A DNA stretch of 64,000 nt. It comes from Macrostomum lignano (Eukaryota). The notes under the pieces are model-generated. The model worked only from the letters and a program-made list of their open reading frames with translations. It was not told the DNA's origin and did not search any database. A program made the translations under genes and the position numbers. Shown here one piece after another: positions 12,944 through 25,882 of this stretch. The stretch covers positions 121,683 to 185,682 of the forward strand of contig NIVC01001050.1 of assembly GCA_002269645.1 (NCBI GenBank), read 5' to 3'. Positions within the stretch are counted from its first letter, which is position 1. Every line of letters starts with the position of its first letter.

Positions 12944-13511
12944 GGTCTGGCAGAACAGGGTCCGAGCAGTGGCCAGAATTTTAGGCTGTCGTCCCGATCT
13001 ACACTGAGGCTGAACTCATTCCAGCTAAACAGTTTCCAATACAAAGGTTAACTGAAACTGAATGTGCTGAAGTGATGTGGTGTGCATAAATAAGATGTAT
13101 CAGACGACAGACAAACCCGATCAAAATTAGAGAATGCATAGCTACCAGTAATTTATGTGGTTAAAAAGAATTTTTTCAAAATCCAAACTAACCTAGTCAA
13201 AATAAAAGTCTTAAATTTTTCTTTTGTTATCATGATTTTTTGCCTTGACTCTTAAATAAACGATTCGTTAACCGTAAAGTCCGTAAAGTTTTGTTAAATT
13301 GTACTTCAGAAAGAGACATTTCAAGTAAATAAAAATATTTTTCAAATTGCGACGGTGTCAATTGTTTTATTCAATCCTTTTTACTTTGCTCTGCTTTAAA
13401 TAAAGAAAAACTGAAGTGAGATTAAGAGTTACGAGCTAAAAATTTCGGTGACATGTTTTGAACATCTTTTTTTTCACTGTTGGCACTTGTCTGTTTGGAT
13501 TTCCATCTATC

Positions 13512-13722
<211 letters not shown>

Positions 13723-13724
13723 AG

Positions 13725-16200
13725 TACAACCGCAGCTCCAAAAGCCTGTCACCCACCCGCAGCTTCAAGACCTGCAAGTGCGTAGTGGTTGGCGAGGTGG
13801 CAGTCGGCAAGACTTCGCTAGTCAATCGATTCTGTCACAAAACCTTCCAACGCGACTACAAGGCCACAATTGGAGTGGACTTCGAGGTGGAGAAGCTGGC
13901 CGTGTTGGGAGTTCCGTTTCGGCTTCAAATGTGAGTCAGTAATAGTATTAAGTTTCAGTGTGGTATTGACAAAAAATGAGATTCACTGAAGCAGGCACCA
14001 AGAAAAGCATCAATACAAATAAAAAGTGCAGAGGCAAAAGGATAGGAAGAGGGAGAGAGGGAGAGATAGGCAGGGAGATGCAGGCAAGGAGAGAGGGAGG
14101 CAGGGAGAGAGGGAGGCAGGGAGAGAGGGAGGCAGGGAGAGAGGCAGGCAGGGAGAGAGGCAGGCAGGGAGAGGGGGAGGCAAGGGGAGAGGGAGGTAGG
14201 GAGAGAGGGAGGCAGGAAGAAAGGGAGGCAGGGAGAAAGGGAGAGAGGGAGGCAGGGAGAGAGGGAGGGGGAGAGGGAGGGTGAGAGGGAGGCAGGGAGA
14301 GAGGGAGGCAGGAAGAAAGGGAGGCAGGGAGAAAGGGAGAGAGGGAGAGGGATAGACAGAGTCAGAGAGGAAGGGGGAGGGAAGAACAGAAGGAGAGAGG
14401 GAGAGAGGCTACCCAAGGAGACACAGACTCAGCAGAAGCAAGCCATGATTCAAACCAGGTTATTGACTAGCGAAAGCTAGAGAAAGCTAGCCATAAAAAG
14501 CAAACGCACTACTATCCAAGCATTTTACAAAGTAGTATCGCGGCAAATTTTTCCAGCTGGGACACGGCAGGCCAGGAGAGGTTTCGCAGCATCGGCTCAG
14601 CCTACTACCGAGGCGCTCACGCCGTGATCGCGGCATTCGACCTGTCGGACCTGGCCACACTGGACCGGGCGGTGCAGTGGACCCAAGACGCCTGCCAGAC
14701 TGCCGGCGGAGAGTCGGTTTCCGCTACCAGCGGCGCCTGCCCGGTGAAGTTCCTGGTCGGCACCAAGCGGGATTCGATCGGCGACACGAAGTATCGAACT
14801 GCGGTTGCCGCAGCCTCGGCAGTTGCCGCCCGCCTCGGTTCGGAGTTCTGGCCGACCAGCGCGCTGACTGGGGAGGGCGTTGTCGAGCTGTTCCACCGGG
14901 CCGCCGCTCTCGCCTTCCAGGTCGCCGTGCTGCGAGACTCCGGGGAGGGCGGCGCTGCAGCCGGCGCGAACTCAGATGGCGGCGGGCAGAAAGTGGCATC
15001 TGCGATTCGTGAGTTCTGGGCTGGGGAGCTTTGGGGTTGAGGGGTGTCTGTTGGACAGGTGTGTTATGGTGTCTGTTAGACAGGTGTGTTATGGTGTCTG
15101 TTAGACAGGTGTGTTATGGTGTCTGTTAGACAGGTGTGTTATGGTGTCTGTTAGACAGGTGTGTTATGGTGTCTGTTAGACAGGTGTGTTATGGTATCTG
15201 TTGGACAGGTGTGTTATGGTATCTGTTGGACAGGTGTGTTATGGTGTCTGTTAGACAGGTGTGTTATGGTATCTGTTGGACAGGTGTGTTATGGTGTCTG
15301 TTAGACAGGTGTGTTATGGTGTCTGTTGGACAGGTGTGTTATAGTGTCTGTTGGACAGGTGTGTTATGGTGTCTGTTAGACAGATGGTGTCTGTTGGACA
15401 GGTGTGTTATGGTGTCTGTTAGACAGGTGTGTTATGGTGTCTGTTGGACAGGTGTGTTATGGTGTCTGTTAGACAGGTGTGTTATGGTATCTGTTAGACA
15501 GGTGTGTTATGGTATCTGTTGGACAGGTGTGTTATGGTGTCTGTTGGACAGGTGTGTTATGGTGTCTGTTAGACAGGTGTGTTATGGTGTCTGTTGGACA
15601 GGTGTGTTATGGTGTCTGTTAGACAGGTGTGTTATGGTATCTGTTGGACAGGTGTGTTATGGTGTCTGTTGGACAGATGGTGTCTGTTGGACAGGTGTGT
15701 TATGGTGTCTGTTAGATAGGTGTGTTATGGTATCTGTTAGACAGGTGTGTTATGGTGTCTGTTAGACAGGTGTGTTATGGTGTCTGTTAGACAGGTGTGC
15801 TATGGTGTCTGTTAGACAGATGTGTTATGGTGTCTGTTAGACAGGTGTGTTATGGTGTCTGTTGGACAGATGGTGTCTGTTGGACAGGTGTGTTATGGTG
15901 TCTGTTAGACAGGTGTGTTATGGTATCTGTTGGACAGGTGTGTTATGGTGTCTGTTAGACAGGTGTGTTATGGTGTCTGTTGGACAGGTGTGTTATGGTG
16001 CCTGTTGGACTTTCTATTAAGTATAAATACTTTTATGAGTCTACTATCAGTAAGTCATAAAATGCTAATTAACTCATACAGAAGTAAAACTTACAGACCA
16101 TTTTATCTGACTACTCAAAACTGTGCACTGCATTGCAGAACTAGGCCGCTCACCTGCTGGCCAGCCAGCTCGAAAGAGCTCAGTTAACTGCTGCAACTGA
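13725..16200 (+). CDS. RAB36-like: Rab34/Rab36-subfamily small GTPase, exons 13725-13930, 14557-15008, 16139-16200 (5' start exon not identified)
   Basis: G1 GEVAVGKTS, switch I YKATIGVDF, G3 (AT|C) IWDTAGQERF, SAYYRGA, G4 GTKRD (the atypical G(S/T)KxD of Rab34/36), G5 TSALTG. Canonical GT-AG sites give 720 nt in frame, ending SAIQLGRSPAGQPARKSSVNCCN* (CC prenylation motif). Confidence 0.9.
14040..14410. repeat. Purine-rich GGGAGAGA/GGCA low-complexity repeat in Rab intron
   Basis: Direct inspection. Confidence 0.9.
15043..16010. repeat. 25-bp minisatellite (GTGTTATGGTGTCTGTTAGACAGGT), ~38 copies, filling most of the last Rab intron
   Basis: Period 25 at 15061/15086. Confidence 0.95.
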
Positions 16201-16660
16201 CCCCAGCTCAGGCTCAGACATTTGACTAGTCCGAAAAAAGTCAAGTCTCCGATGCACTTTCATTGAAAGCCCGTGTTACAACATGCTACACCTGTTCAGT
16301 AATACTTCGTACGTACATATCTGCACAGAACTCAATAGAATATCGGTATTTGTTAAATAGCTGAAGCTACAGCTAAAACATGTATTGACCGCTTGCGGCC
16401 GAGTAGTGTAATATTCACTGCTATTTCACTGCTCTTCTCTCTTGTTGCTAAGTCATCTGTGCCTCGCAATATTTACGGGACTTCTGCTTAATCCGTCCAT
16501 CATGCAGTCACAGGCTGTGCGTTTCTTTGCGCTGATTCGAACTTCATTTAAACAAATAAAATCGCAATGGCGTCCCGTTCCAAGCAGCTGCGCTTGCTTC
16601 ACTTCCGCTTCAGCTGAATTTAGCTTGACAGGAGTTGTGTCTTTTTATTATTGTTAAACT

Positions 16661-16866
<206 letters not shown>

Positions 16867-17389
16867 CCATAGAGCTAGTTGGTGTGAAACAATTTTTTCA
16901 GTGGATTCGGCAGTCTGAGATCCAGTAAAACATCTCAAAATATCATTTTCTTCCCTCCCAAACCAGCAGAATGCAGAAACTCCACTTGATTAATTGAATA
17001 TCGACCTGTGCGGTAGCATAGGTGGATATAACACACGGAACCAACTGAGCCAACCGCTTTAGTTTTTTGAATCAATTCCCAGGAATTTCGACAGGGCAAA
17101 ATCTGTCAGCAAGCGTAATAGAGGTGGAGGCACTACGCATTCTCACAGAATTAGATTGCGCGAATTTGCTTCGAGCAATCAATAGCATCCAAATCCAAAG
17201 AAAGTTTTGCTTGAATTAGTTAAGGAGGAGAGGTTTTGGCAGGGTTCTATTAGCTGATGTGTGGAATTATCCAGAAAACGGGAATAGTTCCGGCCACAGA
17301 ATATCCACAGTATGCTCTGTATGAAGTCGCAGATACGCACTGAGCCTACTCTTTGGGGTAAAGAAATCAGGCACGAGTACATGTAGTAG

Positions 17390-18234
17390 AAACCATAGAC
17401 TATCTAAAAGCAGCTAATTGCTCAATGCTTACATGGAAGTCCTATAGTCTATGGTCAAGATTCAAGTGAACTCAAGCCTAAAGCAGTCAAGCTGCTGCTC
17501 AAGCGGCTGAGCAATTACTCTGAGTCTGAGTTTTTTGTTTATTCATACTGTATTGTTGCATTTGCTCGGACTCAGAGCATTTGCTCAGCCTCGAGCAAAT
17601 GCTCCAGCTCAGAGTGCGAGCATTTGCTCAAGAGCATTTGCTCAGTTTATTCATACGGCTTATAGTTTGACACTGATATGAGTCAAACACTTAGATATAG
17701 GAGCTTTTTCATTTCATTTGATAAGTAATAGCGCCTCAGCCCTAACTGGGCTCTTACGCTAATGGTACTTATATTTCAACCTATTTTTGAAAGTAAAATT
17801 CTTTTTACAAATCCCAGTTTAGAATTTAAGATCAAGGTGTCAAACTATAACCAGACTAACTAACTAACTAAAATAAGTAAAAAAGGGCGCCTCAGTCATT
17901 GAACAGGCTCCTACGCCACTAGGAATAAATAAGGTTCCAGGCTGGGAGTGTACTCAGGTACACTAAGCTTCTAAATTAGACTACGAGTATAGGAGACTGT
18001 GACCAATCAAGCCGAGCAGGCGACACCAGTCGTGCTGAGGGCGGGCCCTACCCCCAGCTGTCGGGGCGTCACACCTACTCCAAACTCAAAACTAAACCTC
18101 CCCGGGGCTAAAGGGGGTTGAATGAACCAATCAAGGTGTCAAACTATAACCAGACTCACAGCAGTGTCAAACTATAACCGCGATGAACGAAAAAGCATTG
18201 AGCAATTAGCTTCAGTTAGATTAACTATGGTTTG
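17390..18234. mobile_element. MITE-like element with ~40-bp imperfect terminal inverted repeats and internal repeated motifs
   Basis: AAACCATAGACTATCTAAAAGCAGCTAATTGCTCAATGC (17390) vs GCATTGAGCAATTAGCTTCAGTTAGATTAACTATGGTTT (ends 18234); internal GTGTCAAACTATAACC x3 plus an inverted copy, and a GAGCATTTGCTC cluster. Confidence 0.55.
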
Positions 18235-19204
18235 AACTACTTGCTTTCTTCTCCACAAGAGTAGTTTGTTCGCATATTAATTTCCAAACATCTCGCAACA
18301 GCCGATCGGGCATTCCGTGTATATTCTGTGGATTTGCCTCAACGCTGCTTGTGGAAGGATTTGCAGGACTAGCAAAATGTATAATTAACTCAGACAGCTG
18401 GCTGGGCGCGCCAAAACCAATATTAAGAGGGCAGCTAATTGATTATTACAGCGCAGGCACAAGCGCAGACCAAACAGGGAGACGTTTTCACGCCAATGCC
18501 AGGTTCGCGGCCCCAAGGTGATGCAGTCTCACGCACTCTTCGCTCAGCTGCTCAGGACTGCCTAAGCCAAACAGTTGCTAAGCGTCCACAACAAGGCCTG
18601 CCTCATCAATAGTTCATCAGCAGGGGAAGGCAGGCCCGATGGGAAACAGGCAACATCGGCCAACCAATGCCAGAGCTCGAACAGGGGGCAGGCTAGTGTT
18701 ACACTGAACTGCTTCTCACACCTTTATCGAAATATGAGGAGATGCCGGGGTTGAGACCGGAGCGTCGTCAATGCATAGAGCCTACTACAAACGAGCGAAG
18801 TCCAGATACCTTAACAGTCGAAAGGCGTCAATGTTTTGAACAAAACGGCTTTGTAAAAGCCAAAAACTAAACATCGTCAAGGCAACTGAAAGGTAAGGGA
18901 AGTTCTGTTTTCAATTTATAGAAACAGTAGCAAGTCAACGGTTGACAGTAGTTAGTTCCCAACGGCCCATATTTGGTAACAAGAAAACGCCAATCACTCA
19001 CGGCAACCGCATAAATTTATCCCCTATTGAAAATCGCATTCTACTCCCGACGCCTGCATCTGGATAATGAAAATTATTTTACAAGCAATATCGAATGTCA
19101 AAGGCCGATCTGAAAGATTGGAACCAGTTTACTTTGCTGGCGACTGGCCCTGTCTATATTTGTAGGCCAGGTTGAAATTCAAAGGCGGTGCTGCTAACAG
19201 CAAC

Positions 19205-22200
19205 ATGGCGGAAGCAATGGCGATAATCCTAGGGCTCCTGGTTGCTCAGGCCTCCGCTGTAAACCTAAAAGTTGGCGTAATCACGGAGGCCGGGAACTTG
19301 AACAGCTCGCTCATCGACGTCGCCTTCGCCAGACGGGTCAACTACAACTGGAGAGTGCTGCAGGGCCACACACTCTCATATGTGCATGTCAATGTGAGCT
19401 CGTGCAGCTCACACCAGGCTGTCAGGACTGGTGAGTTGAAGCATTTGCTACGCGACTCAATCGCTGCTCTGCTCAACCTGCTCAATCAATGCACACAATT
19501 GAAGCATGAATTGCACGAATGAAAATGTGAGTGCGAGCTGTGAAACTGTGCATGTGTCTGTGTGTCTCGCTCCGCAGTGTGCTCGGAGAGCGGCCTGTCA
19601 GGTCTGATTGGCGTCGGCAGCTGCTCTCTGCTGGATGAAGTGAGCTCACTGAGCAAGTCTCTGCAGCTGCCGCTGATCGCCCTGCCGACTGGACTGTGCG
19701 ACTCTGCTCGGCTGAGCAAAGGTAACTGAGATCGATTTCTGACATCTTGCCACCATTTCTATCTGTATTCGGTTTCGACATGAAATCACGCGGAAATTGC
19801 AGACATGACCATCGTGGGCAGCCACAGCTCGGAAAACATCGTCGCTGCAGCTGCCTCCGTCATCACTTCGGACTCCGTAGCCCGTGGTGTGGCCATTCTA
19901 TACGATAAACAGCAGAGTGAGTGATATTTTGACATTGATACAACAATTAGATGGCGTTTTTGAATGCCTCTATGACTTATTTTAAGTTATTTAGAAACTT
20001 ATTGTTTACAATTTTTAAAATGCTATGTATTGATTCACGCGTGTGCATCCGAATCGCTTCAGGTACAGCAGTGCTGCAGAACCTGCAGTCCAGTCTCTCC
20101 TCTGCCGGTGTGAGCAGTCTCACATTCCGAGTGGACGACACTGTCAACGCTTCTGTTACTCCTGACCTGGTGCACCACCTCAAGCGGCTGGTCAAGAAGA
20201 AAGTGTTCAAGCTGCTGCTGCTCGCCTCTCCTCGCAATGCTCTCAGTGTGCTCAGGCTCGCCAGGGAAGCTGCAGTGATGCAGCAGAACTACTTCTGGCT
20301 CGTGCTCGACACCGGACTGTCCAAGGCCGATGTGCTCAGCGTGACGCCGGCGAACGCGAACGTCGCTCTGCTGAGAGGCAGCGTGTTCACCGAGTGCACA
20401 GCAGCAGTGATGGATGTGTTTCCTCAGTGCCAGACGGACTGGCTTCGGGTGAGCGTTTCATGTGTGCTGCTTGATGGCTGCAGGGATTCATCATGCAGCT
20501 CCGCACGTGTGCAACGCATGCCACTGTCGCACTCGATCTCGCACTCGATCGTCGCATTCGACAGACTCTGGACGCTCGCTTCGTAGACGCCGTAGAAGCC
20601 ATGGCCAAGGCGCTCAACGACTCGCTGCTGGATCCGGGATTCTCTCCCGGAAACGCCTCGTGTGCGCCACTGCGCCACTGGACATCGGGCTCGACTGTGC
20701 TCAACAGACTCATGAGTGTGAGTGAGCTCACTAGCTAGCAAGCATTGACAAGCATTACTAGTTTCGAGCTGGTCTCTCCCCAATCCCTACTCGATGTGCA
20801 GATCAGCGACTATGACACTCAGCGAGGCCTGATCTCGTTCAACAGCTTGACCAGACACTTCAGCTCGCAACGAGTCGAAGTGGTCGCGTCCTACAATGAG
20901 CTGTGGTCGTCTCCGGTCTCGATGCTGAGGTCAGCTCAGTTCGATGCATCGAGCGGAGCTCTGAGCAAGCAGTTCCGCTACAAGGGAGTCGGTTTGGCAT
21001 TCCCCAACACCTTCATGGGATTCAAGAACCAGACCATTGTAGTTTGTACCCCGGAGGTATGTGCTTTACTTTTTTGTGAAATTTGCAGCCATATTTTGTG
21101 CTTTTTAAATTTAATTTACTGTTTGATTTCCGCAGAGTCCTCCAATGACAAATTTTGAGAAGAGGTTTTCCAACAGTACAGTGATTATTAACGGAATGAC
21201 TTTTGATCTGCTTAACATTCTCGCTTCAAAGCTTGAGTTCCGGTGAGGCATTGTGTCTTTTGAGTTATTGGCAGAACTCTGGTTGTATTATGCCAGAATT
21301 GGCTAAGTAGAATTGGTAGTTTTCCAATGCAAACGGAGAGACCCAAGCCTATATAAGAACCCATAACTACCCATTCTGCGCAGGTTCTACACAAAAGACT
21401 CCGACGATGGCAACTGGGGTGCTCCAGTTCCGAATCAGCCATATTTTAATGGATGCGTTGGGGAGTTGCAGCGAGGTGTAAGTAACATTAAAAAATTGTT
21501 GTGCGCCTCTTTTTAGGATAACTACAAGTTAGCTTCAAGTTCTGTAGCGCCGACTGACATTGAAAATTATCCGAAATTAGATTGAACTTTTTATGGTGAC
21601 AAATTTTGGTATTATACGAGCGCTGAGCATGGCTCAACGTGCTTCTTCAACATATCCCACTCTATATATTATCAAAAAATTATTTTTTGGCCCGAGTTTA
21701 GAATTTCTGTTGCTTGACACGAACTGAGTAATAAATACATCATTAAACCACTTTAAAGTTCACTCTCAGGGAGGTTATTGACATAGATTTTTTTGCGGGA
21801 TTTAATCGATAACTTTCCCGGACAGATTGCAAGGATTATTGTATGTATCTTCGCCCCCACACCCCCATCCCCAACTTCAACCATAGACATACAAGTATGG
21901 CTCCGGGATTTATCTGAATACATCCCGCAAAATTGAAGTAGTTTAAATAAGATATTCTATGGGTTTGAGGTCGGTATGCAATTAAATCCCGAGAGCCAAA
22001 GGTCAAAGGCTCGAGGGATTTAAGTGAAATACCGACCTCAAACCCATAGAATATCTTATACTTACCCACTTGTTTGACTTATCTATGGTCGTAAGCGGCT
22101 GAGGACGCGTTTATTGGCCAAAATAAATAAAACAAGTGGGGAATAACATATACTATTAATGGGTTTGGCGCTGCTAATGCGAGCTAGTTGCCATAAGATA

Positions 22201-25090
22201 ACTGCAAATGCTAAATAAAAAAATGCAGTCAAGTGTGTGAAGAATAAATACTCCCAAATCTACTTTACGCTCGTAGTTAGTCACGATCGCAGCCGGACCA
22301 TTCACGAGGACTACAACGAGAGACTCAGTGATTGACTACTCAACGCCTCTGTTTCAAGAGTCGAATGGCATTCTACTGCCCAGGCCTCCTCCAGCGTCGA
22401 AAATGTGGAACGTCTATTTGCCTTTTAACTACGACGTTTGGATTTCAGTAATTGTACTCTTGTTCATCTGCTCGTTTATCACCTGGATTCTAGCGTACTT
22501 TTCACCTTTCACTGCCTACAATCTCAAAGAAGAATACGCGATTGCTGACGAAGTCTGGTTCCAAGAGTACGTTTGGAGCGTCGTTGGAAGCTTCTTACAG
22601 CAGGGCCAGGACTTTTATCCCTTTGCAATGTCGCCAAGAACTATTCTGGCATTCTGGTGGATGTTTACGGTCATTATATATGGAGCTTACACTGGTAGGT
22701 CTTTTTTAGTAACAAGCGCGGACTGTGAAATTTTAGTGATCGTGCCTGAAGCTCTTCATATCTGCATATTTTACTTACTCCTACACAGGAGATTTAACAG
22801 CGCATCTGACCGTCACCATCACTGACTATCCGATCAAGACATTGTCGGATCTGGTGTCTCAAACCGCCATCAAGCCGTACGTTCCAGCTGGCACAAACTT
22901 GTACACCCTGTTCAAGGAGTCTAACTCAGGCGTCTACAAGCAGGTTGCGGATGTCATGGTGGATTTGGGGCCCTACGATTACTGCCCGGATTCCGTGAGT
23001 TGCCAGTGGTTGTATTGCCCTTGCAGAGACGTGCGAATGTCAGGATGTGACTCAAATTTTTACCCACAAAGAGACAGGGGCGCCCACCCAGAGACAGAGA
23101 AGTCCACCAAAAGACCAAATATTGAAGCCTCTCATCGTTGCGGCCCCATCCAGATAAAATTACTGCATACGTAACTGTTCGACAGTGAATTCAATGTTTA
23201 TAAGTACGGCATGCTTTTTCATAATGCTCATACCTAGTTTGATTCTGATGATTAGATAACATAAAATGCCGCCGTCTACGACCGTCTGCTATTTAGATTG
23301 CTTCATATAATTTGAGCTAATAGTATTGAAATATTTAATACCAGTTGAATTTGCGTTTATTAGGACATCCAGTATTTTTTCTTGTCTGCGACCCTGTCAG
23401 CAAAAGATGGAGCCAGACGAAACAACCTGTTTAGCCTTAATCATCAAACAAAACATTACATGAGTTGGGTATATTTTTCTCGCTGAATGCAGCTCATGTT
23501 TCTATTCAGCTTTCCAACTCCCATGTTGTCTGAAGCACTTCAAAGCACTTCATCAAGACTTACAAGTCAACTATGAAAATGAACACGAGGGGGGATCGAT
23601 GATGCGAGAGTGATGCAGGAGTTTTAGGGCGAGAATTCGGCCGTTAAAAACTATAATCAGGAAGTGGTGCCAGCTCTTTTAAGATGGTTGGGACACCGTT
23701 GAGGAAGCTCATCACAGTGGAAGAGCTGCCTCAACAGGACACCGAGCGTGTGCGTCACACAGGAGCTCTCAGAATTTGTTGGTCTGTCAACTCGAGCTGT
23801 CCATGAAATCTAGACTGCTGAGCACTGGAATGAGTCGCGTTATTGCAAGCGGGTTGCTAAGGCTGCTCAGCGACACCCAGCATTAAAACAGACTTGGAGC
23901 TTGCCGTCAGCTCTTGAATACCTACTGCACTCACAGGGCACGAATGGCAGTCACATTATGCCTAGCCTGAATCCAAAAGGCAGAGCAGCGTCTGAAATTG
24001 GGTGATGGATATTAGGGTCTGACTAGCAAATAGCAACCGTGTTCTCAGATAGGCAAGAAAAATCTTGCATATCGAGGAGAAATTTGTTATTTGTTACTTT
24101 TGAAAGTGTGTTGGGAAAAATTTATAAAAAAACTCCTAGATTCGAAATTCTCTGTGAATAAATCAGTTTTAAATTTCTGTTTTCAGGCAGGACCATATAG
24201 TATGGCCTTGTATTTTTTCTACTTTATACAATTTCAGGTTGTCAGACAAGAAAGGGCCTGTTTAAACGACTACACGTACCTATTGGCTATAGCCATGAAG
24301 AACTGCACACAATATTATCTTGCCGAAGAGACGTTCAACACGGCCACAGTGGCATTCATGTATCCCGACGATGCCTACTTCGCTGAGTATTTTGACTTCT
24401 AGTGAGTATACCAACAACGCTTATAATCCTATTTGGCTTTTGTTGCATGCTACATGTTCCAAGGTCCATGGAATTTTGGACGCAAAACCAAGACCTAAGC
24501 CTAGCTTGTGTAAAATTTGTCCGCAGTCAACTGTCGTGCTCCAACGTTTTCTGGACACTACGTAGAATTTAAAACTTACGAGTAGCAATTGTACCAAGTT
24601 AAATATGTTCATCGCTTTATCGAAACATTTTAGCAAGACCTATGGAATAAAGCTTTGTTAGTGCAGTAGCAAAACAGGCAAAATAAGCATGCCTGTCATG
24701 CATTGTAGAACACTTCAGGAAAAGTAAAACAATCATGTTTTAGAGCTATTCAAAGTGAATGCTTTACTATTTCTAGCATTATTGTCAAGCTGTTCATTAA
24801 CTACGGGCGTCAGTGACTACTCAGTTAAATAACTAATTCATTTATTTATTAGTATGCAGAAGCTGCTGGAGACTGGTCTGATGCAGCGGCTATTCAAAAT
24901 CTATTGGTCAAGCGACATCGTCTGCACTGTTGGCAAGTCGACCGAAGCTAACTCCATCAATTTCAAAGGCGTTGAAGGCTGCTTTATTGTCACTGGCTGC
25001 CTTTACGGCGTTGGTTTAATTCTGCTGCTGCTGGAATTGGCCTGGACTAAGCTGGCCAAAAAACAGCCCTTGGATTGTGTCATCTACTGA
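19205..25090 (+). CDS. iGluR-superfamily subunit, paralog A (834 aa, 12 exons)
   Basis: Exons 19205-19430, 19578-19721, 19803-19916, 20063-20448, 20565-20717, 20802-21056, 21136-21242, 21384-21477, 22277-22694, 22789-22994, 24238-24401, 24853-25090, all GT-AG, 2505 nt in frame. Signal peptide, ATD, S1 (DGNWG..FNGCVGELQRG; GPFTRTTTRDSVIDYS), M1, pore GSFLQQG, M3 AYTGDLTAHLT, S2, M4, short tail. Confidence 0.93.
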
Positions 25091-25299
25091 TTTTTTTAAC
25101 TCTATGATTGGTTCGAATTAACGGACAGAACTAATCTAGCTGCGTCTCTTGAGTTAAATACTATTTTAATAATTGACGTTCAGTGGCGTACGCTGAATTT
25201 TTATTGATGATGTCAGGCCTTGTCAAGCCTTGGAGGGGCCGCAACCATAGGGGTGCCGTTATTTTGTGTCTTAGTTGGCGCCCCGCCTCCTATTTGGCA

Positions 25300-25882
25300 T
25301 TCCTGTCTCTAGGCGACCGCTGCTGTCTCTAGGCGACCGCTCCTGTCTCTTGGTGACCGCTCTTGTCTCTTGGTGACCACTCCTGTCTCTTGGTGACCGC
25401 TCTTGTCTCTTGGTGACCGCTGTCTTGGTGACCGCTCTTGTCTATTGGTGACCGCTGTCTTTTTTTTTAATTCGAGGCAGGGGGGTTGTGTGCACCCTGG
25501 CGCACTTTAAGCGACATGGGCACACAACCGGCGAGAGGCATTACTGCCCATTCCGCCGACTCCCCTGAGCAGGCATACAAGCGCGCGGATACGTACGCAG
25601 GCACACACTCACACAGGAATGTACAGCGGCCCTAACTTTATATTATCGTTAGGCATGTACACTTCACTGCGCCTTAGGGGGTTGGCTCTCAAGGCCGTTA
25701 ATTGCACGAGCAGAGCCAAGCCGAGATTCCAATTCAGCCCCAAATTAATGTGACTGCACTTGGAATCGAGCCTGGGTCGCTGGCACACCAGAGCAGCTGC
25801 GCTACCGCTGGGCTACGGCCCCCCTTGACCGCTGTCTTGGTAACCGCTCCTGTCTCTTGGTGACCACTTCTGTCTCTTGGTA
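25300..25882. repeat. 20-bp minisatellite (CTGTCTCTTGGTGACCGCTC) split by a SINE insertion
   Basis: Units at ~25305-25460 and 25826-25882. Confidence 0.85.
25462..25825 (-). mobile_element. tRNA-derived SINE, family 1, with A-rich tail and 13-bp target-site duplication
   Basis: Minus-strand head GGGGCCGTAGCCCAGCGGTAGCGC...GGCTCGATTCC; T-run at 25461-25468; TSD TGACCGCTGTCTT at 25449-25461 and 25826-25838. Confidence 0.85.

Noticed and set aside
19431-19577. Read-through peptide ELKHLLRDSIAALLNLLNQCTQLKHELHE conserved in intron 1 of all paralogs, and conserved antisense ORFs across the ATD block
   Set aside because: Their conservation is explained by nucleotide-level homogenisation of the whole block; no independent coding evidence
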